64,000 nucleotides of DNA from NCBI GenBank assembly GCA_028534125.1, contig CM052816.1, forward strand, positions 47,618,001 through 47,682,000, written 5' to 3'. This stretch comes from Lama glama (Eukaryota). Below, piece by piece: positions 36,808 to 49,597 of the stretch. Both the position numbers and the translations under genes were made by a program. Every line of letters starts with the position of its first letter. The stretch's first letter is position 1. A model generated the notes under the pieces. It saw only the letters and a list, made by a program, of their open reading frames with translations. It was not told where the DNA came from and did not search any database.

Positions 36808-39800
36808 TTTTTTAAAGATTTTTAAAAGTATAGCCAATTTATGATGTTGTGTCAATTTCTGGTATATAATCATACATATACATACATACATTCATTTTCA
36901 TATTCTTTTTCATTATAGGTTACTACAAGATATTGAATATAGTTCCCTGTGCTATACAGTAGGTCCTCATTGCTTATCTATTTTGTGTATAGTAATGTAT
37001 ATCTGTTAATACCAAACTCCTAATCTACCTTTTCCCCATCTTTCTCCTCTGGTTACCAATGGTTTGTTTCCTATGTATGTGAGTCTATTTCTGATTTGTA
37101 AATAAAATTTGTATTTTTTTTAGATTCCGCATATAAGTGAGATTATATATTTGTCTTTCTCTGTCTGACTTATTTCACTTAATATGATAATCTCTAGGAC
37201 CATCCATGTTGCTGCAGATGGCATTATTTCATTCTTTTTATGGCTGAGTAATATTCCATTGCATATATATACACCACATTATCTTTATCCATTCATCTGT
37301 CAGTGGACATTTAGGTTGTTTCCATGTCTGGGCTACTGTAAGTGGTGCTACTATGAACATTGGGGTGCATGTGCCTTTTTGAAATATAATTTTCTCTGTA
37401 TATATGCCCAGAAGTGGGATTGCTGGATCATATGGTAAGTCTATTTTTAATTTTTTAAGGAACCTCCGTATTGTCCTCCATAGTGGTTGCACCAATTTAC
37501 ATTCCCACCAACAGTGTAGGAGGGTTCCTTTTTCTCCACTCTTTCCAGAATTTATTTGTAGACTTTTTAATGATGGCCATTCTGACCGATGTGAGGATAT
37601 ACCTCATTGTCTGTTGGATTTGCATTTCTCTAATGATTAGCGATGTTGAGCATCCTTTCATTTGCCTGTTGGCCATCTGGATGTCTTCTTTGGAAAGAGA
37701 TCTATTTAGGTCTTCTGCCCATTTTTTTTATTGGATTGCTTGTTTTTGTTTTTTGGTTTTTTTTTGATATTGAACTGTATGAGCTATTTGTATGTTTTAG
37801 AAATTGGTTCCTTGTTGCAATTATTTTTTTCCCATTTGCAAATATTTTTTTCCCATTCTGTAGGTTTTCTTTTTCTTTTGTTGATGGTATCCTTAGCTGT
37901 TCAGAAGCTTTAAATTTAATTAGGTCTCATTAGTTTATTTTTGCTTTTATTTCCATTACTCTAGGAGCTGGTCTGGAAAAAAATATTGCTGTGATTTATG
38001 TCAAGGAGTGTCTACTTACGTTTTCTTCTAGGAGTTTTATAGTATCTGGTCTTACCCTTAGGTTTTTAATCCATTTTGAGTTATTTTTGTATATGGTGTA
38101 GAGAACGTTCTAATTTTATTCTTTTAGAGGTAGCTTTCCAGTTTTCCTAGCACCACTTATTGAAGAGACTGTCTTTTCTCCATTGTATATTCTTGTCTCC
38201 TCTGTCATAGAATAATTGACGATAAGTGTGTGGGTTTATTTCTGGACTTTCTATCCTGTTCCATTGATCTATGTGTCTGTTTTTATGCCAGTACCATACT
38301 GTTTTGATTACTGTAGCTTTGAAGTGTAGTCTGGAGTCAGGGAGTGTGAATCCTCCAGCTTCAGTCTTCTTTCCCAAGATTTTGGCTAGTTGAGGTCTTT
38401 TGTGTTTCCATACAAATTTTAACATTTTTTGTTTCAGTTCTGTGAGAAATATCATTGGTAATTTGATAGGGATTGCATTGAATCTGTATTCAGATAGATG
38501 GCCATTTTAACATAGTCATTCTTCCATCCAAGAACATAGTATATCCTTCCATCAGTTTGCATTATCTTCAACTTTTCATCAGTGTCTTACAGTTTTCAGG
38601 GTGTATCAGTCCTTTGCCTCCTTAGGTAGGTTTATTCCTAGATATTTTATTCTCTTTGATGCAGTGGTAAATGGGATTGTTTCCTTAATTTCTTTCTCTG
38701 CTATTTCATTGTTAGTGTGTAGAAATGCAACTGATTTCTGTATATTAATTTTGTATCCTGCAATTTTACCAAATTCATTGATGAGCTCTAGTAGTTTTTT
38801 GGTAGCATCTTTAGAATTTTCTATGTATAGCATCATGTCATCTGCAAACAATGATAGTTTGACTTCTTCTTTTCCAGTTTGGATGCTTTTACTTCTTTTT
38901 CTTCTGATTGCTGTGGCTAGGACTTACAAAATTATGTTGAATAAAATGATGAGATGGGACATCCTTACCTTGTTCCTAATCTTAGAGGAAATGCTTTCAG
39001 CTTTTCACCATTGAGAATAACGTTAGCTGTGGGTTTGTCATATATGGCCTTTATTACGTTGAGGTATTTCACTCTGTGCCCACTTTCTGGAGAGTTTTTA
39101 TCATAAAAAGATGTTGAATTTTATCAAAAGCTTTTTTCTGTATCTATTGAGATGACTGTATGATTTTTGTTCTTTAATTTGTTATTGTGGTATATCATTT
39201 TGATTGATTTGTGGATATTGAAAAAATCCTTGCTTCCCTGGGATAAATCCCACTTAATCATGGTGTATGATCCTTTTTTTGGAGCTGATTTGCTGGTATT
39301 CTGTTGAAGATTTTTGCATCTGTATTCATAAGTGATATTGGCCTTTTTTTTTTTTTTGTAATACATTTGTCTGGTTTTGGTATCAGTGTGATGGTGGCCT
39401 CATAGAATGAGTTTGAAAGTATTCCTTCCTCTGCAAATTTTTGGAGTAGTTTCAGAAGGATAAGTGTTAACTCTTCTCTAAATGTTTTGTAGAATTTGCC
39501 TCCAAAGCCATCTGGTCCTGGACTTTTGTTTGTTAGGAGTTTTTAAATTACTAATTCAATTTCAATAGTGGTAATTGGTCTATTCATATTTTCTATTTCT
39601 TCCTGGAAAATTGTAGCTTTCTAAGCAATTGTCCATTTCTTCTAGGTTGTCCTTTTTTTATTGTGTGTATAATTCCTCATAGTACCCTCTTATGATCCCT
39701 TGTATTTCTGTGGTGTCAATTGTAACTTCTTTTTCATTTCTGATTTTATTAATTTGGGCCCTCTTCCTTTTTTCTTGATGAGTCTGACTAATGAGTTATC

Positions 39801-42800
39801 AATTTTGTTTATTTTTTTTAAAGAATCAGCTTAGTTTCATTGCTTTTTTTCTATTGTTTTTTAGTCTCTATTTCACTTATTTATAATCTAATAGTTAAGA
39901 TTTCTTTCCTTCTACTAAGGAAAATGTGGATGGGTTGGTTTTGTTCTTTCTCTAGCTGCTTTAGGTGTAAAGTTAAGTTGTTCACTTGAGATTGTTCTTA
40001 TTTCTTGAGGTAGGCTTGTATTGCTATAAACTTCCCTCTTAGAACTGCTTTTCCTGCATCCCAGAGGTTTTGGATAATTGCAGTTTTGTTTTCAGTTGTC
40101 TCTAAGTATTTTTTTATTTCCTTTTTTATTTCTGCAGTGATCCATTGGTTGTTTAGTAACATGTTGTTTAGTCTCCATGTGTTTGCAGTTTTGTAGTTTT
40201 TTTTTTCTTTTCTTATAGTTGATTTCTAATCTCATAGCATTGTGGTCAGAAAAGATGCTTGATATGATTTCAGTTTTCTTAAGTGCATCAAGGCTGGCTT
40301 TGTGGGCCAACATGTGATTTACTCTGGAGAATGTTGCATGTGCACTTGAGAAGAATGTGTATTCTGCTGCTTTTGGATGGAATGCTCTATAAGTATCAAT
40401 TAAATCCATCTGGTCTAATGTGTCATTTAAGGCCTTTATTTCCGTATTGATTTTCTGTCTGGATGATCTGTCCATTGATGTAAGTGGAATGTTAAGATTC
40501 CCTGCTATTGTTGTGTTATAGTCGATTTCTTCTTTTATGTCTGTTAACAGTCTTATATATTGAGGTGCTCCTATGTTGGATGCATATATATATTTGCAAT
40601 TGTTACATCTTCTTGGATTGATCCTTTGAGCATCATGTGTCCTTCTTTGTCTCTTGTAACAATCTTTATTTTAAAGTCTATTTTCTTTGGTATAAGTGTT
40701 GCTACTCCAGATTTCTTTTGGTTTCCATTTGCATGGACTATCATTTCCATTGCCTCACTTTCAGCCTGCATGTGTCTCTAGCTCTGAAGTAAATCTCTTG
40801 TAGCAGCATATATATGGATCTTGTTTTTGTATCCATTCAGGCAGTCTGTGTCTTTTGGTTGGAGCATTTCATCCATTTACATTTAAGGTAATTATTGATA
40901 CATATGTTCTTATTGCCATTTTGTTAATTGTTTTGAATTTGTTTTTGTAGTTCTTTTATTTCTCTTTCTTCTCTTTGTTCTCTTGTGATTTGATGACTGT
41001 ACAGTTACATTTGGATTCTTCTTTCTTTATTGTGTGTATATTATTACAGATTTTTGGTTTGCAATTAACCAAACTATCATATATATACATGATTAAGTTG
41101 CCAATCTCTTAATTTCAAATGCATTTTAAATACCCTGCATTCATAGCCTCCTCCTCTCATGATTACTTTTCTTATTTCTAATTATGAATTTCTTTTCTTT
41201 TCTACCTAGAAAAGTTCCTCTAACATTTGTTGTAAAGCTAGTTTGGTGGTGCTGAATTCTTTCAGCTTTTGTTTGTCAGTAAACTTTTGATTTCTCCATC
41301 AAATCTGAATGAGAGCCTTGCTGGGTCATAGGTTTTTCCCTTTCATCACTTTAAATACATTGTGCCACTCCCTTCTGACCTGTGGAGTTTCTACTGAAAA
41401 ATCAGCTGATAACCTTATGGCAGTTCCCTTATATGTTACTTGTTGCTTTTCTCTTTCTGATTTTAATATTTTCCCCTTATCTTTATTCTTTTTTTTTTTT
41501 TTCAGTTTCATTATTGTGTGCCTTGGCATGTTCCTCTTTGGGTTAATCCTGCATGGGACTCTGTGTTACCTGGACTTGGGTGACTGTTTCTTTTCCCAAA
41601 TTAGGGAAATTTTCAGTTATTATCTCTTCAAATATTTTATCAGGGCTTTTCTCTCCCCCTTCTCTTTCTAGGACCCCTATAATGTGAATACTAATGTGCT
41701 TCATGTTGTCCCAGAGGTCTCTTAAACTATCCTCATTTCTTTTCATTCTTTTTACTTTTTTCTGTTCAGCAGTAGTGATTTCTGCTCTTCTGTCTTCTAG
41801 CTCACTGATCCATTCTTCTGCCTCATTTAGTCCATTTTTGGTTCTTTCCAGTGTATTATTGATTTTGGTAATTTTATTCTTCAGCTCTGTTTGGGTGATA
41901 TTTTCTAACTCTTTACTAAAAACTTCACTCTGTGCATCTATTCTCCTCCCAAGTTCTCTGATCATCTTCATAATTGTTACTCTAAACTCTTTCTTGGGTA
42001 GATTGCCTATTGCTTCATTACTTACTTCTTTCGGGATTTTATCTTGTGCCTTTGCCTGAAACATATTCCTCTGCCACCTCATTTTGTCTAAATTTCTGTT
42101 TATATTTTTATGTAGGTTAGTTACATTTCTCGACCTTGGAGAGGTGGCCCTCTGTGTGAGACATCCTGTGACATCCTGTGCATCCTGACAGTGGTCTCCC
42201 CTCTGGTCACTCAAGGGCCAGAGTCCAGCTGGTCCCAGGGTAGAGTCTGACGTGCATTTGTTAACTCCTTCTACAGGCTGTGGGATTATTGTTTTCTTAC
42301 TTCTGGTATCTGTCCCTTGGTAGGTGAGGCTGGGCTAGAGGCTTGTGCAGGTTTCCTGGCAGGAGGAGTTGGTGCCTGCCCACTGCTGGCTGGAGCTGGG
42401 TTCCACCCTCTGGTGGGCAGGGCTGTGTCTAGGGGCATGTCTAGAGGTGGCCGTGGGCTCAGGAAGTCTACTGATAGGTGGGGCTGTGTTCCCTCCCAGT
42501 ACGTTGTTTGGCCTGAGGCTTCCCAGCACTTAAGCCTATGGGCTGTTGGATGGGGCCAGGTCTTGGCAGTAATGACCCAAGCAAGATGTTGGTCTCCAGG
42601 AAAGGTTATGTAGGTGAACACTCCCCAAATGTCTGCCACCAGCTTCAGTGTCCCCAGGTTAAGACAAAGCTGCCCCCACCCACCTCCCCAGGAGTCATTC
42701 CAAAACCAGCAGGCAGGTCTGGTCCCAGTTCCTATGAAATCACTACCACTGCCTTTGGTCCTGGTGCACACGAGATTCTGTTTGCACTTTCCAAGACAGT

Positions 42801-43170
42801 TAAGTCTCTGTTTCCCCCAGTCCTGTGGAACTCCTGCAATTAAGCCCCCACTGGGCTTCAAAACCATATGCTCTGGGGCCTCCTCCTCCCACTGCCAGAA
42901 CCCCAGGCCAGGGAACCTGACATGGGGCTCAGTACTCAGTCCTGTGAGAGGGCCTCTGCAATATAATTTTTCTCCAGCTTGTGGTTTATCTACCTAGAGG
43001 ATATGAGTCCTGATTATATCGTGAGCACATCCCTCCTACCATCCTGCTGTGGTTCCCTCTTTATGTTTTCAGTTGAAGAAGATCTTTTTTGCTAGGTGTT
43101 TAGCAGTCAGTTGTGGTTTTGTTGTGATTGTGAGAAGAGGTGAGTTCATGGTTCTACCACTCTGTTGACC
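36808..43170 (-). mobile_element. Near full-length (about 6.4 kb) decayed LINE-1
   Basis: Correct domain order on the minus strand: 5' UTR (about 42200-43170), ORF1 (41543..42214 coiled coil; 41326..41529 IRLSADFS), endonuclease (40571..40771 HANGNQKKSGVA; 40092..40475 IFSDHN), RT (38606..38851 FADDM), C-terminus (38147..38455; 37238..37495) and 3' UTR. Many stops and frameshifts. Confidence 0.96.
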
Positions 43171-43346
43171 AGAAATGCCTCTTTCTCCACTTTTGATGGG
43201 TAGTATGACTGGAATGCAATCTTAGATTTGAATTCGCTTTTTTTTTTTAATTTAAAGGTTGACTATAGTCTTCTAGCATTTAGTATTAACTGGTGAAGTA
43301 TCTAATGTCAGTTGGATTCTTTTTCTTTATGGTTGACTGTTCTATT

Positions 43347-44261
43347 ATAGAACCAGAGCAATACACAGTGAGAAAACTCTTGGAAAACTTGGCTTGTTTT
43401 CCAGGGGGACTTAATATCAACTGGAAAACAACTGAGTGATGACAGAGAACTCTAGTGATTGGAACTTAACCACACAGATTTTGGTGCAAAAATAATGTTA
43501 TTGATGTTGTTACTATTTTCCTCAATGGGCTTAGTAACTACCACAGAAAGCAACTTGGCTAAAGATAACTTGAAAGGTCGCTGCCTAAAGAGAAAACGTC
43601 TGGTACAAGTGTACAACATCAAAAAAGATATGAAGTCTGCCAGGGAATGAGCTGAGAAGTCATAACAGGTCAGCCAGACAGTGACCATTTTAAGTCAGGG
43701 AATTGTGAGGGAGGGTCTCCCAGCTCCAGGAGTGGGGAGGTGGAGAGTAAGTACATCTCATGCAAAGTGAGTACCTTGTAAGAGAGAGACATTTAGATAG
43801 CTGCCAGAAAGTGGACCTCACAGTTAAGAGTCATAAACAGCATTAGCTAAATAAACAAACATTATTTTCCTTTATCACTCATCACTCTTTCCCATTTTAA
43901 TCTTGGAAGAGCCAGTCAAAAGAGTGAATGAAGGGAGAGAAATCAATAAAATACAGAACATGTTTCCTTCTCCTGTTGCAAGATTCCAACCCTGGGGCAG
44001 GCTTCAGTTGGGGGTGGGGTTGCAAAAGGAGTGGGACTCCAAACTTTGAAATGAATATGGAACAGAAGTTTAGATTGAGATTAGACTAATGAAGACTCTT
44101 CTATTATCTGGAAATAACAGAAAAATCTATCAGACACACCTGAAACATCTCCAGGGTGGAAAGTAAGATTCAACTTTGCACACTTAAAAGTAGAGACTGA
44201 AAAAGTTATTTTTCTTTCTTGTATCCCCACCAATTCCAGCCCATTCAAAAAATCAGTTATA
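43347..44261 (+). mobile_element. Probable ancient LTR (LTR78-like)
   Basis: About 0.9 kb with decayed TG..CA-like ends (tataga.../...cagttata) and motifs (aaactttgaaatgaat...gattagact; aaagttatttttctttct) I recall from old long LTRs. Family uncertain. Confidence 0.35.
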
Positions 44262-44869
44262 ATATCTTTTTTATTTCTTCACTATTATTTTAGTAAGGTT
44301 CTGATCAAAAAAGTTATGAAACATATGAACTCAGTTCAACATTTTAATTACAGTCTCTGGAATTTTTTTTTTAAATTTTAGTGTGATTCTGTTTTTCTTA
44401 CTCTTTACTGTTCTTCCTGTTTTAATATATTTTGTAAATCTGGAAAAGTTGAAACTAAAAAACTTTGAATTTATGGCAGACACATTATACCCAATAGCTA
44501 ATTTGGCTTCTTTTTCCTACAAATACGTTTTAAATTAAAACTAACACATTGTTTTGGTTTCAGGGAGATACAATTTATATAAATGTGTAATCGATGTAAG
44601 AAGTGGATAGGTTTCAGATTAAGTAATAAAAGGCCAGACAACCAGTAAGGACTATGAATATGACAGCAAGGTGTATAAAAAGATGATCAAGGTTGACTTA
44701 AAATGAATTGGAGCTAGGGTTGGGGCAGAGGGTACTTACCCAATATCATAGGTCAAGAGGAAGAGCCTCCATATGTTAGCTGCTGCTTCCCCTCTACACA
44801 AAACTGCTTTATTTGCCACCAGAATTGCTATTGGACAGCTGAGCAAACAGAAGTGCTTTTGCTGTAATG

Positions 44870-45010
44870 GGCAAAAAGAAAGGAAGAAAAGGAGCAATTG
44901 GGGAAAGCAAAGGTGGAGGAGGAAAAGGAGCAAAAAAAGACTAAAAGGAAAAAAGAGAGGAAATGAGGAAAGGGGAGATTAAAGAGATGATGAAACTGAA
45001 GGAAGGTCAA
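44870..45010. repeat. GA-rich low-complexity tract
   Basis: Strongly purine-rich run on the + strand. Confidence 0.7.
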
Positions 45011-45134
45011 GAATAGGCTGTTTATAAAGGAAATTGACTCTGTTAAGGGGAAGCTTTTAACCTAAATGTCAAACAAGAAAGACTCCAAAGGAGTGTTCTT
45101 TCTGGAGGAAGGAGTCAAATTTTACTGTGTTGCC

Positions 45135-45311
45135 GAATGCAAGAGCCACAGTTTACATATGCTACTTAAATTTAAAGTTAAATTAATTAAAATAAAATAA
45201 AATTTAAAATTCAGTTGAATCAGCCACATTTCAAATGCTCAAAGGTCACATGTGCCTAAAGGGCAGCACAGAACCATTTTCACAATTACAGAACATTCTT
45301 TTGGACTGTGC
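45135..45311. mobile_element. MER3-like hAT element
   Basis: aaattaattaaaataaaataaaatttaaaattcagtt...agccacatttcaaatgctcaa...cagaacattcttttggactgtgc. Confidence 0.75.
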
Positions 45312-45451
45312 ACTATTTTTTTAAATTATTATTTATTTTTTATGGGAGGAGGTAATTTAGGTTTATTTATTTTTACAGAGGTACTGGGAATTGAACCCAA
45401 GATCTTGTGCGTGCTAGGCAAGCACTCTACCACTGAGCTATACCTTCTCCC
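45312..45451 (-). mobile_element. tRNA-Ala-derived SINE (camelid Vic-1-like) with 10-bp TSD
   Basis: Minus strand GGTATAGCTCAGTGGTAGAGTGCTTGCCTAGCACGCACAAGATCTTGGGTTCAATTCCCAGTACCTC; TSD tggactgtgc (45302-45311) / tggtctgtgc (45452-45461). Confidence 0.9.
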
Positions 45452-47849
45452 TGGTCTGTGCTGTTACAAAGTATTAGTGTCAGCTGAAATTCAGGTATTT
45501 GGAGAGAATTATAGGTCAAAATGGTTCTGAGAAATGGAGAAATTATTCTTGGAGAGCAATAGCCATTGGTTGGGCAATTTAGGATCATTAAATAAGGTGA
45601 GGAGAAACAATTAATAGCCAAAGTCGAATGTAAGAGGGAGTGGGGAGAAACAGTTCCATAGGGCAAGGACATGTGAAGGGCACAAAGGGAGAAATTTTGA
45701 CCTTCATAGTCTTTTATCGTCCCTCCTGTTGCTCAGCAGGGAAACTGTCTCATTTTTTTAAAACCATATCTTGGTTTGTTTAGTTCTCCATATCTACTCC
45801 ATTCATTTCAGTTGTAGTTTCAAGCTTGTTGGTGATGACTGCCATCAGGAATTCTCATGAATTTTCTCTTTGTAGTTAAATTTCAATCATTTGTTGAGTG
45901 GATGGCTGTGTGAGAGAACAGCAGACCCTGGGAGGACAAGTCATGTGATAATTACTAGATACTTTGAATGATGCCACTTAGTCATGATCCTACCCTACCT
46001 GGGATCATCCAGAAAAGCAGGTTATATCTTCAGCTTGAGTCTGCATAGAGGAAAGGTTTGATATCACTAGGTTTGCTTAACACTTTGTTTATCTCCTGAT
46101 TTACCCAACATAACCAGATTAGAGAAACGACTTTAAGAATCCTATTTTAATAATCAAAATCCTTAAATTAGTAAATACACATGCGTGCGCACACACACAA
46201 AATAGCCACCAAAAGAAGGAAGCAAAAAGAATGTGGCAATTGGTATTCAGGAATTTCTTTCAATCTCAAGATTTTGGGATCCACACCTAGCCATCTGCTG
46301 CTTAATCCAATGTTCTTGGGAAAGCTGTCTCCTTTGAAATGCCATCTGCTTCTGGAGAATCCTGAGACATTCTTACTTTTCAATTTCCTATTGGCGTGGA
46401 GGTTTAGGAGGTTGATAGAAGATCGTCTTTTTAATTGAGAGACATGAATTCAAGGGTCAGTTCCCCAGAGTTTTACTAGAATATCTGTGGTCAACAGTAT
46501 CTGATAAGCTTCCTTCTAAGGAAGTTTAAGAGCAATGTTACATTGGTGCCATTTCCAGTAAATCAGGTCTCCATGCTAAAAGTCACGGGTTTTGTGGCTT
46601 ATCTTTGGGAAAAACATGTTGGTCTTACTGTATGCTGTATTAAACCTCTATGGTATTTGGCCAATCAGCCTCAAAAAAACCAAAAAAAAAAAACCAAAAA
46701 AAAAAACCAGAGTGAAGGATAGAAGGTGCAGTCCCCAGTAGGGCATCCAACAACCAGCTCTTGTGTGGACAGTCTGTGAGTTCTTGCAGAGAAGACTTAA
46801 AAGCCATAAGAACTAACAGTAGTCTTTGGTCAGAGCAACGGAAGTTTCTTGGATAGTGTTGCAAGGTTCAGTTTTAATATGCCATTCATTCTGAGTACTG
46901 GAGAGGCAACAAACTTCAGGGTGACAGGCACAGCCTTAAGAATCCCTTAATTACTGTTTTGGTGCAATAGGTAGACACATCTATCACTAGACAAATGTGG
47001 GGATATTATCCAAGCCTAAAATTTCTTTACCACTATTCAAACAGTTGCTTTGTAACAAGGAAGGGCTTCTAGCCAGCAGACAATAGTAAGAAAATGTTCA
47101 GAGCTGCATAGGTGGAATAACTAGATAAAATCTGTTGCACTGTTGAGTTAGAATCCTCAAAGTTCATGTACAAAGAGAAGAACTGCCTATGGTGATTGGG
47201 GAATTTTTTAAGTTACAGAGGATAATCTTTAGTGAGTTTGTCAAGGGTTCTGGCATGCCACTTTTCAACAGATTATGTATAGGGTCAACCAGTTCAGATG
47301 AGATTTCTGCTCTATCCCACAAGACCAAGAAATCTTCCACATTGTTGTTTGGCTGAGGAAAGTCACAAATAGCTTTTAATTTTTTAGGGGAAAGAGGCTT
47401 TCCATTATGTGTGATGTCACGACCTAGATAATGGACTTGAGACCAATAAAACTGCTGGGCTTTTTTAGTTGATATTTAGAGACTGAATACTTTATACAAT
47501 AACATTGTCAGCAAAGAGAATAAATTCTGCAAGACTTTCGATCTGTAGAATCTAACAGAAGATCATCCACATTTTATATAAACATGGATATATGTAAAAT
47601 ATGTGTTTTTAGAAGTTGATAAGAGTCCTGAGGGAACTGGATGTCTCTGAGGTTTGGATCATGTAATTGCAAGAGTTCTGTAAACCTTTGGAAGTTGTCT
47701 ATGTGTATTGTTGATTTTCTCAAGTGATGCAGATAGACACAGTGAGTCTGAATGCAAGGCCATTCTAAAGAATAGAATGCTGAGCACGGATCTACCACTG
47801 GCTAAGAGAAAGGCAGGGGTATGTGAGATACTGCCAGTGAAACATTTTT

Positions 47850-48354
47850 ATAAAATAAGGGTTTTTTAAAAATTTATTTTTAAGCATGTAAAGTCTCAGT
47901 ACTTTGATTTTTTTAACCATTTAAAGAGATTGAAGTATAGTTAATTTATAATGTATTTCAGTGCTTCAGGTGTATAGCAAAGTGATTCAGCTTTGTATAT
48001 TCTTTTTCAGATTCTTTTCAATTAGAGGTTATTGTAAGATATTAAATATAGTTCCCTGTGTGTACAGTAGGTCCTTATTGTTTATCTGTTTTATATATAG
48101 TACTGTGTGTACATTAATCCCAAACTCCTAATTTATCCCTTCCCCAAACTCACACCCACTTTCCCATCTGGTAACCATAGTTTGTTTCTATGTCTGTGAG
48201 TCTATTTCTGGCTTGTAAATAAGTTCATTTGTATCATTATTATAGATTCCACTTAAGAGTGATATTATATGATATTTATCTTTTTCTGTCTAACTTACTT
48301 CACTTAGTATGATAATTTCTAGGTCCATCCGTATTGCTGCAAATGGCATTATTG
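47850..48354 (-). mobile_element. Short 5'-truncated L1 inserted in the ERV
   Basis: L1 3' UTR from ttgaagtatagtt (47930) to gctgcaaatggcattatt (48353); candidate TSD aacattttt at 47841-47849 and 48355-48363. Confidence 0.85.
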
Positions 48355-49359
48355 AACATTTTTTTAAGTTTTATTTATATACCAAAAAAACTGGAACATT
48401 TTTATTACTCAAAGTGGTCACGTTTATAATAGAGGATATAGTCCTGGTATCAAAAAGAAATGGGACATTCTGGTTTTGAGAATCTTTATGGTTTGGGAAC
48501 TTTTTATGGTTTATGAAAATCTTTCTCTTTTTTTGTTAAGGGCAATTGTTGGCAGATCAGATCAGCTACGTACTCTGAGAGGTATTAGTCTGTCAGACAG
48601 TTTGCTGTTTTCTTTTTAGATACTACCTTTTGCTCCAACACAGAGCAATTGCTCTTCCAGTGTCCTTTGTTCTTATCATATTACATGTGTCTTTATCTAG
48701 ACTAGACCTAGAGGTGTCCTTGTCCTTGGGTTTTCCGATTGTTTCCTCTAAGAGAGATCGTCTGGCCAGCCTGTTTTCTGGCTAATTTTTCCACCTCAGA
48801 TTTAAGACCATCAGAAAAAGAAAGTATATAAAGGCGGTTGTAAGGTCTTATCCTATGTTTATACCCTTTTAGTATCAATCTGTAGTCAAAATTAGACCTA
48901 TACATCGTATATCAGTTTGATATCAATCCTTTCTGCTTTTTTAAACCAAGTTTTAATATTTTTGGGTCTCACAAGGGGAAGAGTACATTGATAGATATCA
49001 GAGGGTCCTGTGGTCCTAAATTCTTCAGTGGACTTCTGTCTTTCCTTAGAAGGGTTTGCAAGTCCTTAACTAGATTATGCAAATCTGATCTTGACTGAGG
49101 GTTAACCCTATAAAAGCAGGGCGATTGGCCATCATCTTCACTGGTTGAGGATCACTGTCTAATACTAGTAGCTGATAAAATGACTTGCTCAGCTGTCCTG
49201 TCACCAAGACGCCAAGGAGGAAGATGCCATTGATCCCCAGCACCCCATCCTCATGGAAGTGGCTCAGGCTGAGCGGCAGAGGGGCTGATCCTGATCCAAA
49301 TCCAAATTACAGCCCCAAAGACAATGGAAGAAAATTATCCAGAGAAACTGTTAGCATAA

Positions 49360-49597
49360 TAGTAGTTCTCAACTCGGGTTGGAGGTAGAGGAAGGTGAGA
49401 GGAGCAGTGTCCCAAGGGACAGAGACCAACGTCTGAAGACATTTTTGGTGTCATGCCCTGGGAGGTGGGTGTGCTACTGGCTTCTAGTAAGTAGAAGCCA
49501 GGGATGGCGCCAAACGTCTTTAACATACAGGAGAGACTCCCACAATGCAGGACTATCCAGCCCCGAATGTTAATAGTGCAGAAATTGAGAAATCCTG
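49360..49597 (+). mobile_element. MER20 (hAT-Charlie) inserted in the ERV
   Basis: TIR-like ends agtagttctcaa / ttgagaaatcctg; internal tgctactggcttctagtaagtagaagccagggatg matches recalled MER20. Confidence 0.85.
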
